DNA of 64,000 nt from a virus (Duplodnaviria; Heunggongvirae; Uroviricota; Caudoviricetes; Straboviridae), in the IMG/VR virus record IMGVR_UViG_2974587864_000001; one strand, given 5' to 3'. A program made the position numbers and the translations under genes. Below are positions 7,711-17,313 of this stretch, piece after piece; the first letter of the stretch is position 1; every line of letters begins with the position of its first letter. The notes beneath the pieces are model-generated. The model was not told the origin of the DNA and did no database searches. It was given only the letters and a program-made list of their open reading frames with translations.

Positions 7711-9211
7711 ACTCGCTTCGACTCTGAAAATCTCAGAGAAGGAAGCGATCCTGAAACGTAATGCAGGTAATGACCTGCTGAAAGAGATTTTCCGCATTAC
7801 GTACACGAAACAGATTATGTTTCACATTAAGAAGTTTCCGCAGGTGGACGGCAAGCCAGGCACAACCCCGCTATCGAATGCTATCGCGGATTTGATGTCT
7901 GATTTGGCAACGCGCAAATATACGGGTAATGCAGCCCGTGATCGTCTGCTGGATATCGTATCATCAGTGAATGAGAATGATCGCGAAGTTCTTCGCCGTA
8001 TCATTAACCGCGATCTGGAATGTGGTGCTGGTACAACGTTACCAAACCGCGTATGGAAGAAACTCATTCCAGAACAGCCCCAATGCCTCGCTACGCCGTT
8101 TAGTGAGAAAGCCTTAAAACGTATTCGATTCCCTGCTTACTCGCAGCTTAAAGCCGATGGTGCGCGTTGTATGTCCGATCTGTTAGAGAATCAGATCCGC
8201 AAAGCAACCCGCGCGGGAAATGAGTATGAAGGTTTGGTGAATCTGGACAAGGATCTGAAAAAGATTCGTGAATATCTGGGTTATGATGTTGTACTTGATG
8301 GAGAACTGATTTATGTCCCTGCTGAAAAAACTGCTGTCGTTCCTTCGAACAGCGTTCCATTTAGTCTTGCTGGGTTTATGGGCGATGACGACGATTCTGT
8401 TTCTGAACTTGTGGCAGATGTTAGGCGGGAAGCTACCGAGAACGAGACACAAGCGGAAGCGAAACGCGAAGAGGGCAACGGGATTGTAAACAAATCCCTG
8501 AAAGGCACTATCAGCGACGAAGAGCAGCGCAATATCGTTTATGTTGTCTGGGATATCGTACCGTATGAAGTATACTATGGCGATGCTCCGAGTGTTCAAC
8601 CATATTGCGATCGTTTCTCTATCCTGGAAGGTGCGCTGGCTGGCTCTGGTGTAACATCGGTTAAGCTGATCCCTTCTATCCTGGTGCAGAACTATGCGGA
8701 AGCGAAAAAGGATTACAACAATTACCGCAATGACGGTAAAGAGGGTTCAATCCTGAAAAACGTTGATTTCAAATGGAAGGATTCACGCGTTGCGGATCAG
8801 GTGAAGTTGAAGAACAAAACCCCGATCGAACTGCGAATCATCGACGTGTACGAACACACCAAAGAACCTCATAAGGTTGGCGGGTTCGTGGTTGAGGACT
8901 TATCAGGAGAAGCCAGAACAAACACAGGTTCCGGTCTGACTGATACGGACTACCGATACGATGAAGACGGTATTAACCGCGTGTACATCCCGTTAGAAGA
9001 ACGTGGTGAACTGGATCGCGAATACATCATGGCGAACAAAAATGACTATATCGGCGCTATCGTCGAAATGGAAGTTGACGGACTCCAGAAATCGAAAACG
9101 CGTAAGAAAGGCGAACCTGAGTTCAGTTTCTTCCTGCCAATCATCAAGAAGATTCGACGCGATAAGACCGAACCGGATGATATTCACGTTATCTTCGCTG
9201 ATCTGTTTTAA
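7688..9211 (+). CDS. 30: ATP-dependent DNA ligase (T4 gp30 homolog)
   Basis: N-terminus MILQILNELAS..EKEAILKRNAGNDLLKEIFRITY parallels T4 ligase MILKILNEIAS..KQAILEKNKDNELLKRVY; adenylation site QLKADGARC; LIPEQPQ. Confidence 0.9.
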   Translation: MILQILNELASTLKISEKEAILKRNAGNDLLKEIFRITYTKQIMFHIKKFPQVDGKPGTTPLSNAIADLMSDLATRKYTGNAARDRLLDIVSSVNENDREVLRRIINRDLECGAGTTLPNRVWKKLIPEQPQCLATPFSEKALKRIRFPAYSQLKADGARCMSDLLENQIRKATRAGNEYEGLVNLDKDLKKIREYLGYDVVLDGELIYVPAEKTAVVPSNSVPFSLAGFMGDDDDSVSELVADVRREATENETQAEAKREEGNGIVNKSLKGTISDEEQRNIVYVVWDIVPYEVYYGDAPSVQPYCDRFSILEGALAGSGVTSVKLIPSILVQNYAEAKKDYNNYRNDGKEGSILKNVDFKWKDSRVADQVKLKNKTPIELRIIDVYEHTKEPHKVGGFVVEDLSGEARTNTGSGLTDTDYRYDEDGINRVYIPLEERGELDREYIMANKNDYIGAIVEMEVDGLQKSKTRKKGEPEFSFFLPIIKKIRRDKTEPDDIHVIFADLF

Positions 9212-9232
9212 ATAGCACTTTTTGCTAAAGAA

Positions 9233-9303
9233 GCCCCTTGCATATGTGAGGGGCTTTTTGTATATTACACACATCGAAACGAAACAGACAAAAGGAACAT
9301 CCC
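9233..9303 (+). promoter_or_regulatory. stem-loop + extended -10 (TGTATATT) + conserved leader ACACACATCGAAACGAAACAGACAAAAGGAAC cassette (PeSL-like)
   Basis: hairpin GCCCCTTGCATATGTGAGGGGC + TTTTT (terminates ligase) immediately followed by promoter-like element and the repeated leader. Confidence 0.5.
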
Positions 9304-9576
9304 ATGCAAATCACTAAAGAACTCGAAGGCAAAGTAATCGTTCTGGTAAATGAAGACCGTTTGGCACAACTGGGTAACGGTGGTGAAAAACTGCCAGCGG
9401 ACGCACTCGAAAGCCTTTCTAAAATGCGTGTGATGTGTGTTACTGACGGTTGGGTTACTTGTCTGCCTCTGAACGACGAAGACAAAGCCGTATACGATGC
9501 ACAAGCGGATTCATGGGATATCGAAGTACCTCTGGTGAACATCGAAGTTGAAGAGTGCTACGAAATCGAAAAATAA
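9304..9576 (+). CDS. hypothetical protein (90 aa)
   Basis: ORF after conserved leader. Confidence 0.55.
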   Translation: MQITKELEGKVIVLVNEDRLAQLGNGGEKLPADALESLSKMRVMCVTDGWVTCLPLNDEDKAVYDAQADSWDIEVPLVNIEVEECYEIEK

Positions 9577-9644
9577 TGCTTGCTTCCTGGGTAGTGTAGT
9601 GATACATTACCCACATCGAAACAACACGGAAAGAGGAAAATATT
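9574..9644 (+). promoter_or_regulatory. possible middle-type promoter (TGCTT box) with degenerate conserved leader CCACATCGAAACAACACGGAAAGAGG
   Basis: AATGCTTGCTT at 9574-9584; leader variant before ATG 9645. Confidence 0.3.
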
Positions 9645-9887
9645 ATGTCAATGGCTCACTTAACTAAGAAAGCGGATTTTCTGGCTCTGATTGCTGGCAT
9701 GAACGCACCGCGTTTAACTCGTAACAACATTCAGGTGTTTGTGTATGACGAGAAGCCAAGCAATAACGAAGTTCAGTTCCCGACTCTGATCTATTGCGCT
9801 TCTAATTTCCGTGAAGAAAGCTACATCGCAGCACAGAACAAATTGTGGAAATTCCGCGATTGGATGAACGAGGCGAAAAATGGTTGA
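9645..9887 (+). CDS. hypothetical protein (80 aa)
   Basis: ORF. Confidence 0.5.
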   Translation: MSMAHLTKKADFLALIAGMNAPRLTRNNIQVFVYDEKPSNNEVQFPTLIYCASNFREESYIAAQNKLWKFRDWMNEAKNG

Positions 9888-10164
9888 TATGAGTAAAGAA
9901 GCCGTTGAAGCACGGGTTGCGGAAGCGCTGAAAGATATTGATTTCGGTCGCTTCCTTGATAATGCTCCAACGATACCGGACACAATCTGCCTTAATTGTG
10001 GGCGTTGTGTTATGGTTGGAAAATGCTGTGATAACCCGAATATTGTTATCATGGAAAGGAAAGAAGTTTCGGAAGAAGTCTGGAATCAGATTCAGGAAAT
10101 CATTAAGAATCCACCAGAACCGACGAAGCGTTTGCGTGAAATCATGAGCAGGAATAAATTATGA
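9880..10164 (+). CDS. small Cys-rich protein (94 aa; CLNCGRC...GKCC)
   Basis: ORF; probable zinc-binding cysteine cluster. Confidence 0.5.
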   Translation: MVDMSKEAVEARVAEALKDIDFGRFLDNAPTIPDTICLNCGRCVMVGKCCDNPNIVIMERKEVSEEVWNQIQEIIKNPPEPTKRLREIMSRNKL

Positions 10165-10535
10165 AATCAGAACCAAGTAAAACTATCCGCCTGATCCGTT
10201 GGGAAGGGCAAGAAATCCGTTATGAAGACGACGATCGCGAATTCGTTCATGAAATGCTTGCTCATAATCTGGGGTTCAAAAACGCCGCGCTGGTGATGAT
10301 GCAGCAAACCAGTGATGAAGACACCTGGCAATGCGTCATTCTCGATCTGGACAAAAACAAGGATTACACCGAAGATGAACTGTTCGCGCTCACAGAGAAC
10401 GCTACAGCGCGTCAGAAGTGCTTCATGATCGATATGCCTCGCGAGAACTACGAGAATATCAAGAAAGCCCGTAAACAGAACAAGAACAACGTGTTCGACC
10501 TGTTCATGGGCTATCATGAAGAAACTACGGCCTAA
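10161..10535 (+). CDS. hypothetical protein (124 aa)
   Basis: ORF, ATGA overlap. Confidence 0.5.
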   Translation: MKSEPSKTIRLIRWEGQEIRYEDDDREFVHEMLAHNLGFKNAALVMMQQTSDEDTWQCVILDLDKNKDYTEDELFALTENATARQKCFMIDMPRENYENIKKARKQNKNNVFDLFMGYHEETTA

Positions 10536-11635
10536 GCCTCACTGGTTTTACTGGTGTCGTTCGTAGCCGCTGCCACCTGTACACATTCCAATGTTTGCAG
10601 GTGGAAATCTTTTGATACATCGCGGATACATTCAACGATCAGATACTTCCCTGAATATTCATCCCCTAACACCTCAATCAATGCCCCCACTTTAACATCC
10701 ATTCGACCCTGATTGATATCAAACCGAATACGTTTTTCATAACTGGATAACGTCTGACACTTCACAGCCTGGAACGGTTGACCCTGTTTGTCTGGGTTCT
10801 GGAAGTTGTTCTCATATACCGCGTTCCGGTTCATGGTGATCCATGCGTTTTCAATATCGGTACTCGCAAGGATATCACTGTACAGTTTTTTATCCGTCAT
10901 CGAGAAACTAAAGAAACTTGCATCCCCTAACAGGGTAGTGTTATCCTTATGGGTAATGTATTCTGCTTTAGTGAATACCAAAGCGTCACCTAAAAACGGG
11001 TTACTTACGTTGAACTTGTAAGCCTTTAACGGGGTTTGTGCGAGGATCTCCGTATTGCTTTTCATAAAGATACCGGAACCATCTTCCCACAGATAACAGA
11101 AGTCAGACGAATCTACGCTCTGCCCGTTGTCACGGATGTAATCAAACACGGTTTCATACGTCCCGCTCAGGCAAGCCGGAGGAATACGCACGTTTGATGC
11201 GTCGATAGGCGGCGTAATCAACTTCATATCGTTATACAGTGCCGTCATGCACTCTGTAATCGTCTGTACGGCGTTGTTACTGAACGAACGGGAAAACTTA
11301 CGACGAAACACCGTATGCACCGGAGAAAGGTTTAGGCGCAGTATAGAGCGGTTCATATCATCGGTTTCGACGTTTGAATACAGAACACCGTAGTAATGCT
11401 GTTCTAACGTTTCGTTATACTGGAAGGATACCTGAATAATCGGTTTCTCTGTCAACTGATAGATTAACTGGTTATCATAGATCTGCATCAATGTTTCAGA
11501 AGTACCGTTAATGATGGTTTTCTCACTCATTGAGACAAGGGCAGGTAACAATTCAAGATAGACGTTATCAGCGAACTTTTCATATGTTGGATATAATTTA
11601 ACCGACACGACGCGGTTTATAACTTTACTGGACAT
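10532..11635 (-). CDS. 27: baseplate hub subunit (T4 gp27 homolog)
   Basis: N-terminal VKLYPTYEKF...TLMQIYDN resembles T4 gp27 VKLFDSYDAW...GMLQFYDS; C-terminal ...IVECIRDVS vs T4 VDEVIHELS; size 367 vs 391 aa. Confidence 0.65.
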   Translation of the reverse strand: MSSKVINRVVSVKLYPTYEKFADNVYLELLPALVSMSEKTIINGTSETLMQIYDNQLIYQLTEKPIIQVSFQYNETLEQHYYGVLYSNVETDDMNRSILRLNLSPVHTVFRRKFSRSFSNNAVQTITECMTALYNDMKLITPPIDASNVRIPPACLSGTYETVFDYIRDNGQSVDSSDFCYLWEDGSGIFMKSNTEILAQTPLKAYKFNVSNPFLGDALVFTKAEYITHKDNTTLLGDASFFSFSMTDKKLYSDILASTDIENAWITMNRNAVYENNFQNPDKQGQPFQAVKCQTLSSYEKRIRFDINQGRMDVKVGALIEVLGDEYSGKYLIVECIRDVSKDFHLQTLECVQVAAATNDTSKTSEA

Positions 11636-11657
11636 TAGACATCCTCCCTTTATATTC

Positions 11658-11677
11658 TATTTACTAAATAGTAAATA
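11658..11677. promoter_or_regulatory. 20-bp near-perfect palindrome TATTTACTAAATAGTAAATA in divergent gp27/gp28 intergenic region; candidate bidirectional late-promoter (TAAATA) element
   Basis: palindrome read directly; TAAATA-type motifs also precede gp53/gp4, gene 3, gp2 and 55554 gene. Confidence 0.35.
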
Positions 11678-11697
11678 TCGGGATACTTGAGGCGATC

Positions 11698-12276
11698 ATG
11701 AAAGAGAAGAAAAACACACTTGATAAATTTATGGTTACGCGTTTAAACATCAAGAACAGCAAAAATAAAGTAGTCACGTTGCCTACTGGTGAACAGGTTA
11801 CGATCCCCCGTCTGGGCTATCGTCATTTCACCCAGATTAAAGCAATGAAAGACCCAATGCAGTTGCTTGAGTATATCATCAAAGAGATTCAACCGCGCGA
11901 ATTAACCGCAGCAGAAACCGAATTCCTTTTGATTCACCTGCATTATCATAATGACGATAAAGCAATGGCTGTATTGAAAGAGATCGGTATTAATCTGGAT
12001 GATATGAAAATCAGCGAAGCTAAGTATGAACATACTTTTGATAACCTTCGATTGGTCTTCAACAAACCGACCCTAATGCTGGATGATCTGGCATTACTGC
12101 TTAAAGAAGCGTATGACAACGGGAAGCCGATCGAACTGACGGACGAAAACCGTATTCAATTAATTAACTGCCTGTATCGTTATGAATATGACGATGTAAA
12201 ACGTGGCGTACTCCAGGAAGTCTATATTGTGCATGAGGGGAAAACCATTAAAGGGCTTAACATCATCGGTGAATGA
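11698..12276 (+). CDS. putative baseplate hub distal subunit (gp28-like, by position/size)
   Basis: first gene of gp28-29-48-54 block; 192 aa vs 177 aa in T4; no motif-level confirmation. Confidence 0.4.
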   Translation: MKEKKNTLDKFMVTRLNIKNSKNKVVTLPTGEQVTIPRLGYRHFTQIKAMKDPMQLLEYIIKEIQPRELTAAETEFLLIHLHYHNDDKAMAVLKEIGINLDDMKISEAKYEHTFDNLRLVFNKPTLMLDDLALLLKEAYDNGKPIELTDENRIQLINCLYRYEYDDVKRGVLQEVYIVHEGKTIKGLNIIGE

Positions 12277-14021
12277 TAATGGCTAGCAATCCATATTTTA
12301 ACGAAGAACAACGTCGCCGGATGCAGAATCCACCAAAACCACAGGCGCAACCGACTGTTCGTAAGATCCAGGCAACGTTAGATAAAGATTCGATGCGCGA
12401 GTTAAAGGATATCAATGATAATACCCTTGAAACCGCGCTGAATACACTGGACATCAAAGACAGTGTGAAATCCTTTGAGGATCGTTTCAAAGAGAAATTC
12501 GCTGGCTTCCAGGAACAATACGAACAGGATCAGCAACCACTTGCTGAACAGTTGCCCGATTTTGTTGGGCCAGCGCGTCCACCATCATTAACAGACAACA
12601 GCACAACCAGTGTTGATAACTCCGTCAGTGTATCGAACCAGCATAACCCATTTGCGAAAATCGAAACATACACCGGAACGATTGCAGAAGCAATCACCAA
12701 GTTTATCGAACTCGCTGAAAAGAAACCAGCCCCCGCGCCGGAACCTGAACCAGTACCGGAAGAGGAACCGGAGGTCGATCGGGACAAGAAGAAGATCCGC
12801 GATAAGGATAAAGACGAGAAGAAATTCAGCAAGAAAGTATTGTCTTTGCTGGGTGCAATCAAGGATAATACATCCGGTCTTCTGGCTCGCTTTATCGGTT
12901 ATTCTCTCGAAGCGCTGGCGAAGTTTGCAAAATGGACTCTGATTATCGGTAGTATCGTATTTGCGATCGACGTACTGAGTAAGGTTGTTCAGAAGTGGTT
13001 CCAGGATATTCTTGCAGAGGGTGAAGCCTCGAAAGATTTGTTTGGTTCATACTTCGGGAATATCAAAACCCTTGCTGAGAAAATCAACGAAGGTCTGCAA
13101 AACTTCGATATGAGTAATTTGGGCGAATCGCTGAAAAACTTATTCCTTGAACCGTTTAAGGTTCTGGGCGATACCATCAAAACCGCAATCACGGAAGGTA
13201 TCGGTAATCTGATTTACGCTCTGGGTGAATATACCGGATCTGAAACGATTACCAACGCCGGACGCGGAATGAAAGTATCAGCACTGCGCGACAAACAAAA
13301 ATACGGTCTTGAAATTGATCCCGATGATCTGATTCTGCTGAAACAGCAGGAGATCCAGGATCAGAATGATAAAGTGGTTGAGGCACGTTCTAAGGTTGTC
13401 GAACAGGTTAAGGCTACCCAGGGCGCATTCTCATATAGTTTCGGGCAGCAAACAGACGCACAGAAAGCATTGTCTAAGCAATTGGAACAGATGCGCGATC
13501 GTGTGGCTATTGAAGAAAAGATCACCGAAGAGAAGAAGAAAGAACTGAAAGCATTGCAGGAAAACCCCGCACTGTTACAGGCTGAGGTTGATAAAGAGAA
13601 TACCGCTAACCGTAAGCGCGTGGACGAAACCAAACAGATCGAAGCAGCACAAAAGGCTGAGAAGCCGAAAGCGGAAAATGATTTCGATCGTGGTGATCAG
13701 ATTCTTGATAAAGAAAATATCACCAACGAAGACAAGAAAGCAATGGAGAAAATTCTTGAATCACTTGAAGAGAAAAACAACTCCAAGAAACTTGACGAAG
13801 ACGATAGCGAACGATTCCGCTCAATGCTTGACCAGTGGCAGAACAAGATCGCCGCAGTACCGGAAAGCAGTGCAAGTATTGACAAGCAACCGGAACCTGT
13901 GAAATCACCTGTTCAGCCTACAACGCCTAACAGCGTTCAGGTCAACAACAAAACAGTAAACAACACGGTTCAGCATTCAGTACAACGAACTGACCGTAAA
14001 CCATTGATTGCATTAGCTTAA
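12273..14021 (+). CDS. 29: baseplate hub subunit / tail tube length determinant (gp29-like)
   Basis: 582 aa (T4 590 aa), long low-complexity coiled-coil regions (PAPEPEPVPEEEPE, KK/EE repeats) typical of tape-measure-like gp29; synteny. Confidence 0.55.
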   Translation: MIMASNPYFNEEQRRRMQNPPKPQAQPTVRKIQATLDKDSMRELKDINDNTLETALNTLDIKDSVKSFEDRFKEKFAGFQEQYEQDQQPLAEQLPDFVGPARPPSLTDNSTTSVDNSVSVSNQHNPFAKIETYTGTIAEAITKFIELAEKKPAPAPEPEPVPEEEPEVDRDKKKIRDKDKDEKKFSKKVLSLLGAIKDNTSGLLARFIGYSLEALAKFAKWTLIIGSIVFAIDVLSKVVQKWFQDILAEGEASKDLFGSYFGNIKTLAEKINEGLQNFDMSNLGESLKNLFLEPFKVLGDTIKTAITEGIGNLIYALGEYTGSETITNAGRGMKVSALRDKQKYGLEIDPDDLILLKQQEIQDQNDKVVEARSKVVEQVKATQGAFSYSFGQQTDAQKALSKQLEQMRDRVAIEEKITEEKKKELKALQENPALLQAEVDKENTANRKRVDETKQIEAAQKAEKPKAENDFDRGDQILDKENITNEDKKAMEKILESLEEKNNSKKLDEDDSERFRSMLDQWQNKIAAVPESSASIDKQPEPVKSPVQPTTPNSVQVNNKTVNNTVQHSVQRTDRKPLIALA

Positions 14022-14032
14022 AGGAAATTTAA

Positions 14033-15118
14033 ATGAAAATTACAGTATTGCAAGACACTGTACAATCATTTGCTGAAATCAAAAATGCTGGCATCCCCTC
14101 TGGGGGTGCTGCAACAACTAAAAACGCGTTGACTCAACCGATCGTAACAGCGGAATTTCCTTCCCAACGTGCAGCAGGTATTGATAACGCTTATAATGCA
14201 TCAAGCCTGTATAATAACGGCTTGCTGTTCACAGCATATGATTTCACGGGTGGACTTGCACCAGGCAGTAAAGACAACTACCGCTCATTACGTCAGGCAG
14301 CACAGAACGCGCAACAGATCCTTAGTGCTAACACTGGGAACGTTCGATACAAACAGGTTTTGAATACCCGTACTATGGGTACACTTAACCCCATTTGTCA
14401 AATACTTTTACCGCGAAGCCTGAACGATAACGAAGTGAACTCACACCGTTATCAGGATGCAACCGATAGTATTGTTGCTAAAGGTTTATCCCGTGCGGTA
14501 TCAAACGTTATCTGGGGCGCTGTAGAATCCGTTTCTGGTGGTATTCTGGCAGACCGTAGGGAAGCAATCGACATCGGTACTAAAGCAGCGTTTCAAGGCT
14601 CTGATAAGCGCACAAAGATGTATTACAATACATTCGTTATCGAAAGCCGTTATGACCTGCTGGAACTGATTAAAATCTATTACCTGTTCACGGTGCTGGG
14701 TTATGGTACTACTTCGGGCGGTACTCCAGCAGAATTAGCCGGACTGGTTAAACAAGCGTATAATTCCAGTGCTTCGAAGGTTGCAAACGTTTTTGCACCA
14801 TCAACAAACCAGACGACAGCAAGCGATTTCAACGGCAGTATCGGGGATCAGATTGTTGACTTCGTATCGAACGTTGAAGTTATTAAATCGCCTCCTGTGT
14901 GGTTTATTCGTGACTTCCAGACAGGTGACAGTTTGCGGTTCCCTCATTCCACGTTCGGGCCAGCAGGTATTACCAGCGTTCGTTTCGGGCGTACAATGGA
15001 CAACATTGTAAATACGTTGAGAGAATCACCGAACACCCCGATCGCAGTTGAAATCGAAATTCAGTTTATGGAACTGATCGATATGCGTCAGGATTCGATT
15101 TTTGATACGCAGTATTAA
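14033..15118 (+). CDS. 48: baseplate tail-tube cap (gp48-like)
   Basis: 361 aa (T4 364 aa), position after gp29. Confidence 0.5.
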   Translation: MKITVLQDTVQSFAEIKNAGIPSGGAATTKNALTQPIVTAEFPSQRAAGIDNAYNASSLYNNGLLFTAYDFTGGLAPGSKDNYRSLRQAAQNAQQILSANTGNVRYKQVLNTRTMGTLNPICQILLPRSLNDNEVNSHRYQDATDSIVAKGLSRAVSNVIWGAVESVSGGILADRREAIDIGTKAAFQGSDKRTKMYYNTFVIESRYDLLELIKIYYLFTVLGYGTTSGGTPAELAGLVKQAYNSSASKVANVFAPSTNQTTASDFNGSIGDQIVDFVSNVEVIKSPPVWFIRDFQTGDSLRFPHSTFGPAGITSVRFGRTMDNIVNTLRESPNTPIAVEIEIQFMELIDMRQDSIFDTQY

Positions 15119-15127
15119 GGGGGAACA

Positions 15128-15991
15128 ATGTTCTATAGCGTAGATGAATTTTTGTCAGGAATGGCAAATAGAGACTTTCAGCGAAGCAACCTGTTTAGTG
15201 TTGTATTCGCAACCAGTCCAGCATCACGCATTCTCGACAGCACGATCGGGAGTATCCGCGATACTTTAATAGATGGTACTATGAGTTCCATTAACGCGAA
15301 TAACCCGAACGAGTTCATGAACGCTATTACAGGGGGCGTAAGCAAGCTATTCAGCTATACGGTTGATAAAGCTATTATGTCCCTGAACAAAACAGGTTTC
15401 AGTAAAATCATGGGGGCGTTAAGCCCTCGTTTAATTACTTCCCTGTTTGGTGATAGTGTTTACGGACAGATGCTAACAGAATTCCGTGACAAAATGATGT
15501 ATAATATGGGGTTGAGCATCGTTGGTGTTCAGTTGCCTGGTAAAACACTGGGTTATGAATACGTGTATAATGGCGGTGTACCCCAGATCCGATTCACCCG
15601 ACCGGAGAATGGTGAATTATCGCTAACGTTCCGTGTGGATTCAGAAGCGCGTAACCTGAAAGTATTCAACGAATGGTTATCAGCTATTCGTGATGATGTC
15701 TCAGGCCAGTTCGCATTCATTGATGAAGTATCAAGCGCGATCCAGGTAAACTTACACAATCGCGATGGTGTCCCGCACAGCACGTATGTATTCCAGAAGT
15801 GTTTGCCTGTTAAAGTCAGCAACCCAGAACTGAGTTATGAAAGCAATAACGAAATCTGGACATTCACTGTTGACTTTGCTTATAAAACAGGCTGGCTTGT
15901 TGAAGCAGATAAAGAAGGTTGGGACGGATTCAAACAATCACTTATCGAAGGTGCAGCAATTGCCGTTCGTGGTGTGGTTACAGGACAATAA
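15128..15991 (+). CDS. 54: baseplate tail-tube initiator (gp54-like)
   Basis: 287 aa (T4 320 aa), position after gp48. Confidence 0.45.
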   Translation: MFYSVDEFLSGMANRDFQRSNLFSVVFATSPASRILDSTIGSIRDTLIDGTMSSINANNPNEFMNAITGGVSKLFSYTVDKAIMSLNKTGFSKIMGALSPRLITSLFGDSVYGQMLTEFRDKMMYNMGLSIVGVQLPGKTLGYEYVYNGGVPQIRFTRPENGELSLTFRVDSEARNLKVFNEWLSAIRDDVSGQFAFIDEVSSAIQVNLHNRDGVPHSTYVFQKCLPVKVSNPELSYESNNEIWTFTVDFAYKTGWLVEADKEGWDGFKQSLIEGAAIAVRGVVTGQ

Positions 15992-16010
15992 GGGGCGAAA
16001 GCCCCTTTTG
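15991..16010 (+). terminator. short hairpin + T-run
   Basis: AGGGGCGAAAGCCCCT followed by TTTG. Confidence 0.4.
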
Positions 16011-16018
16011 AGGTTAAA

Positions 16019-16762
16019 ATGATTGATATAATCCGCGTAAAACTCCCTGGTGGAGTGAAGCGATTCCCTATGTTTACCGTGCGCGATCAGTTGAGTTTCT
16101 TACTCACAAGCGCGGACATGGAAGGGAAGACGCTCACAGAACAGCAAGAAATGCTGGATGAAATTTTAGATATTCTGTATCCGGGTTATTCCCGCACCGA
16201 ACAGGAAAACATTTTCACTAAGGTGTATTGTGTATCGTTCGGTAAGAACGCAATAAAGATCCGAATCAAAGGAAGCAGCGGACAATCAGAAGCATTCATG
16301 CATGTAACTGATTACGTTTTGCAAAATGAATATGCCCTTGATGATTCGCTTACTCTGGGATTCAAATTCCCGAAACATCGTAACAACAGTGAACAATTAT
16401 TCCTTGAATGTATCCAGTATGTCAAGCAGGACGGCGAAAGATACGAATGGAATGCATTAGACGAGGATACAAAGAACGCGATCCTGGATCTGGTGTCTAT
16501 TGAAGATATGGAAAATATCGTTAAACTGTTACGCAAGTCCTGTCATGTTACCGTGCGTGATATTGAGTTCAGCGACTTATTGACACTGTACAAAATCCTG
16601 TTCAACAAATCAGAACTGAATGAGTTCTTCAAAACCAACTATTTGTTAAATAAGAATACCGTACAGATTGAACCTATAATGAATGGAAGCCCGATGGAAC
16701 GTTCAATTTACGTTGCATTGCTGGCGGAAGACTTGAAACGAAAAGAGAATGCAAATGCGTAA
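16019..16762 (+). CDS. hypothetical structural-module protein (possibly gp51-like baseplate hub assembly protein, by size/position only)
   Basis: 247 aa vs T4 gp51 249 aa; located between gp54 and gp25. Confidence 0.3.
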   Translation: MIDIIRVKLPGGVKRFPMFTVRDQLSFLLTSADMEGKTLTEQQEMLDEILDILYPGYSRTEQENIFTKVYCVSFGKNAIKIRIKGSSGQSEAFMHVTDYVLQNEYALDDSLTLGFKFPKHRNNSEQLFLECIQYVKQDGERYEWNALDEDTKNAILDLVSIEDMENIVKLLRKSCHVTVRDIEFSDLLTLYKILFNKSELNEFFKTNYLLNKNTVQIEPIMNGSPMERSIYVALLAEDLKRKENANA

Positions 16763-17312
16763 ACATACACCCCGACATATCCCAAAATATAATGTGACTT
16801 ATCGCCCGTTAACCATTGGCGATCTTGATGACACGGATAACTTCATTATTGAAGGTGATGTGTTCAAGCATCAGCGCGATTATGTTTACATTATGGCTCT
16901 GTTCGACAGTATCAACAAAGAGACTGTAGATCTCCAAATCAAATGCCCTGAATGCGGGGAACTGATTAAGTTTGTGCTCAATCGTCATCATATCATGGTG
17001 GATGAATACGAAGAAAAGCTGTACGGCAATGAGATCAAGATTTCAGTCGAACCACACCGCACCGGAAAGGAAGAGTTACCCGAACTGATTAAGTTTGTAG
17101 TCATCGACGGTGAACAAATCTTATGGGATGACTGTAAAGAGTCAGAGAAAGAAGCCGTTCTGGATAGTATCGACTATCCGGTCTTTAAATCAATAAATAG
17201 CGCTCTGGATAAGCCAGCAATCGTTGCAAACATTCCGGTAAGGTGTTCGTGTGGCTACGAGCATATCGTTGCACTGAGAGGCTTAGAGGCGTTTCTAAAG
17301 GTGGTTGGATAA
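16749..17312 (+). CDS. hypothetical structural-module protein with CxxC...CxC zinc-ribbon (possibly gp26-like)
   Basis: 187 aa; CPECGE...CSCGYEH; position before gp25. Confidence 0.3.
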   Translation: MQMRKHTPRHIPKYNVTYRPLTIGDLDDTDNFIIEGDVFKHQRDYVYIMALFDSINKETVDLQIKCPECGELIKFVLNRHHIMVDEYEEKLYGNEIKISVEPHRTGKEELPELIKFVVIDGEQILWDDCKESEKEAVLDSIDYPVFKSINSALDKPAIVANIPVRCSCGYEHIVALRGLEAFLKVVG

Positions 17313-17313
17313 A

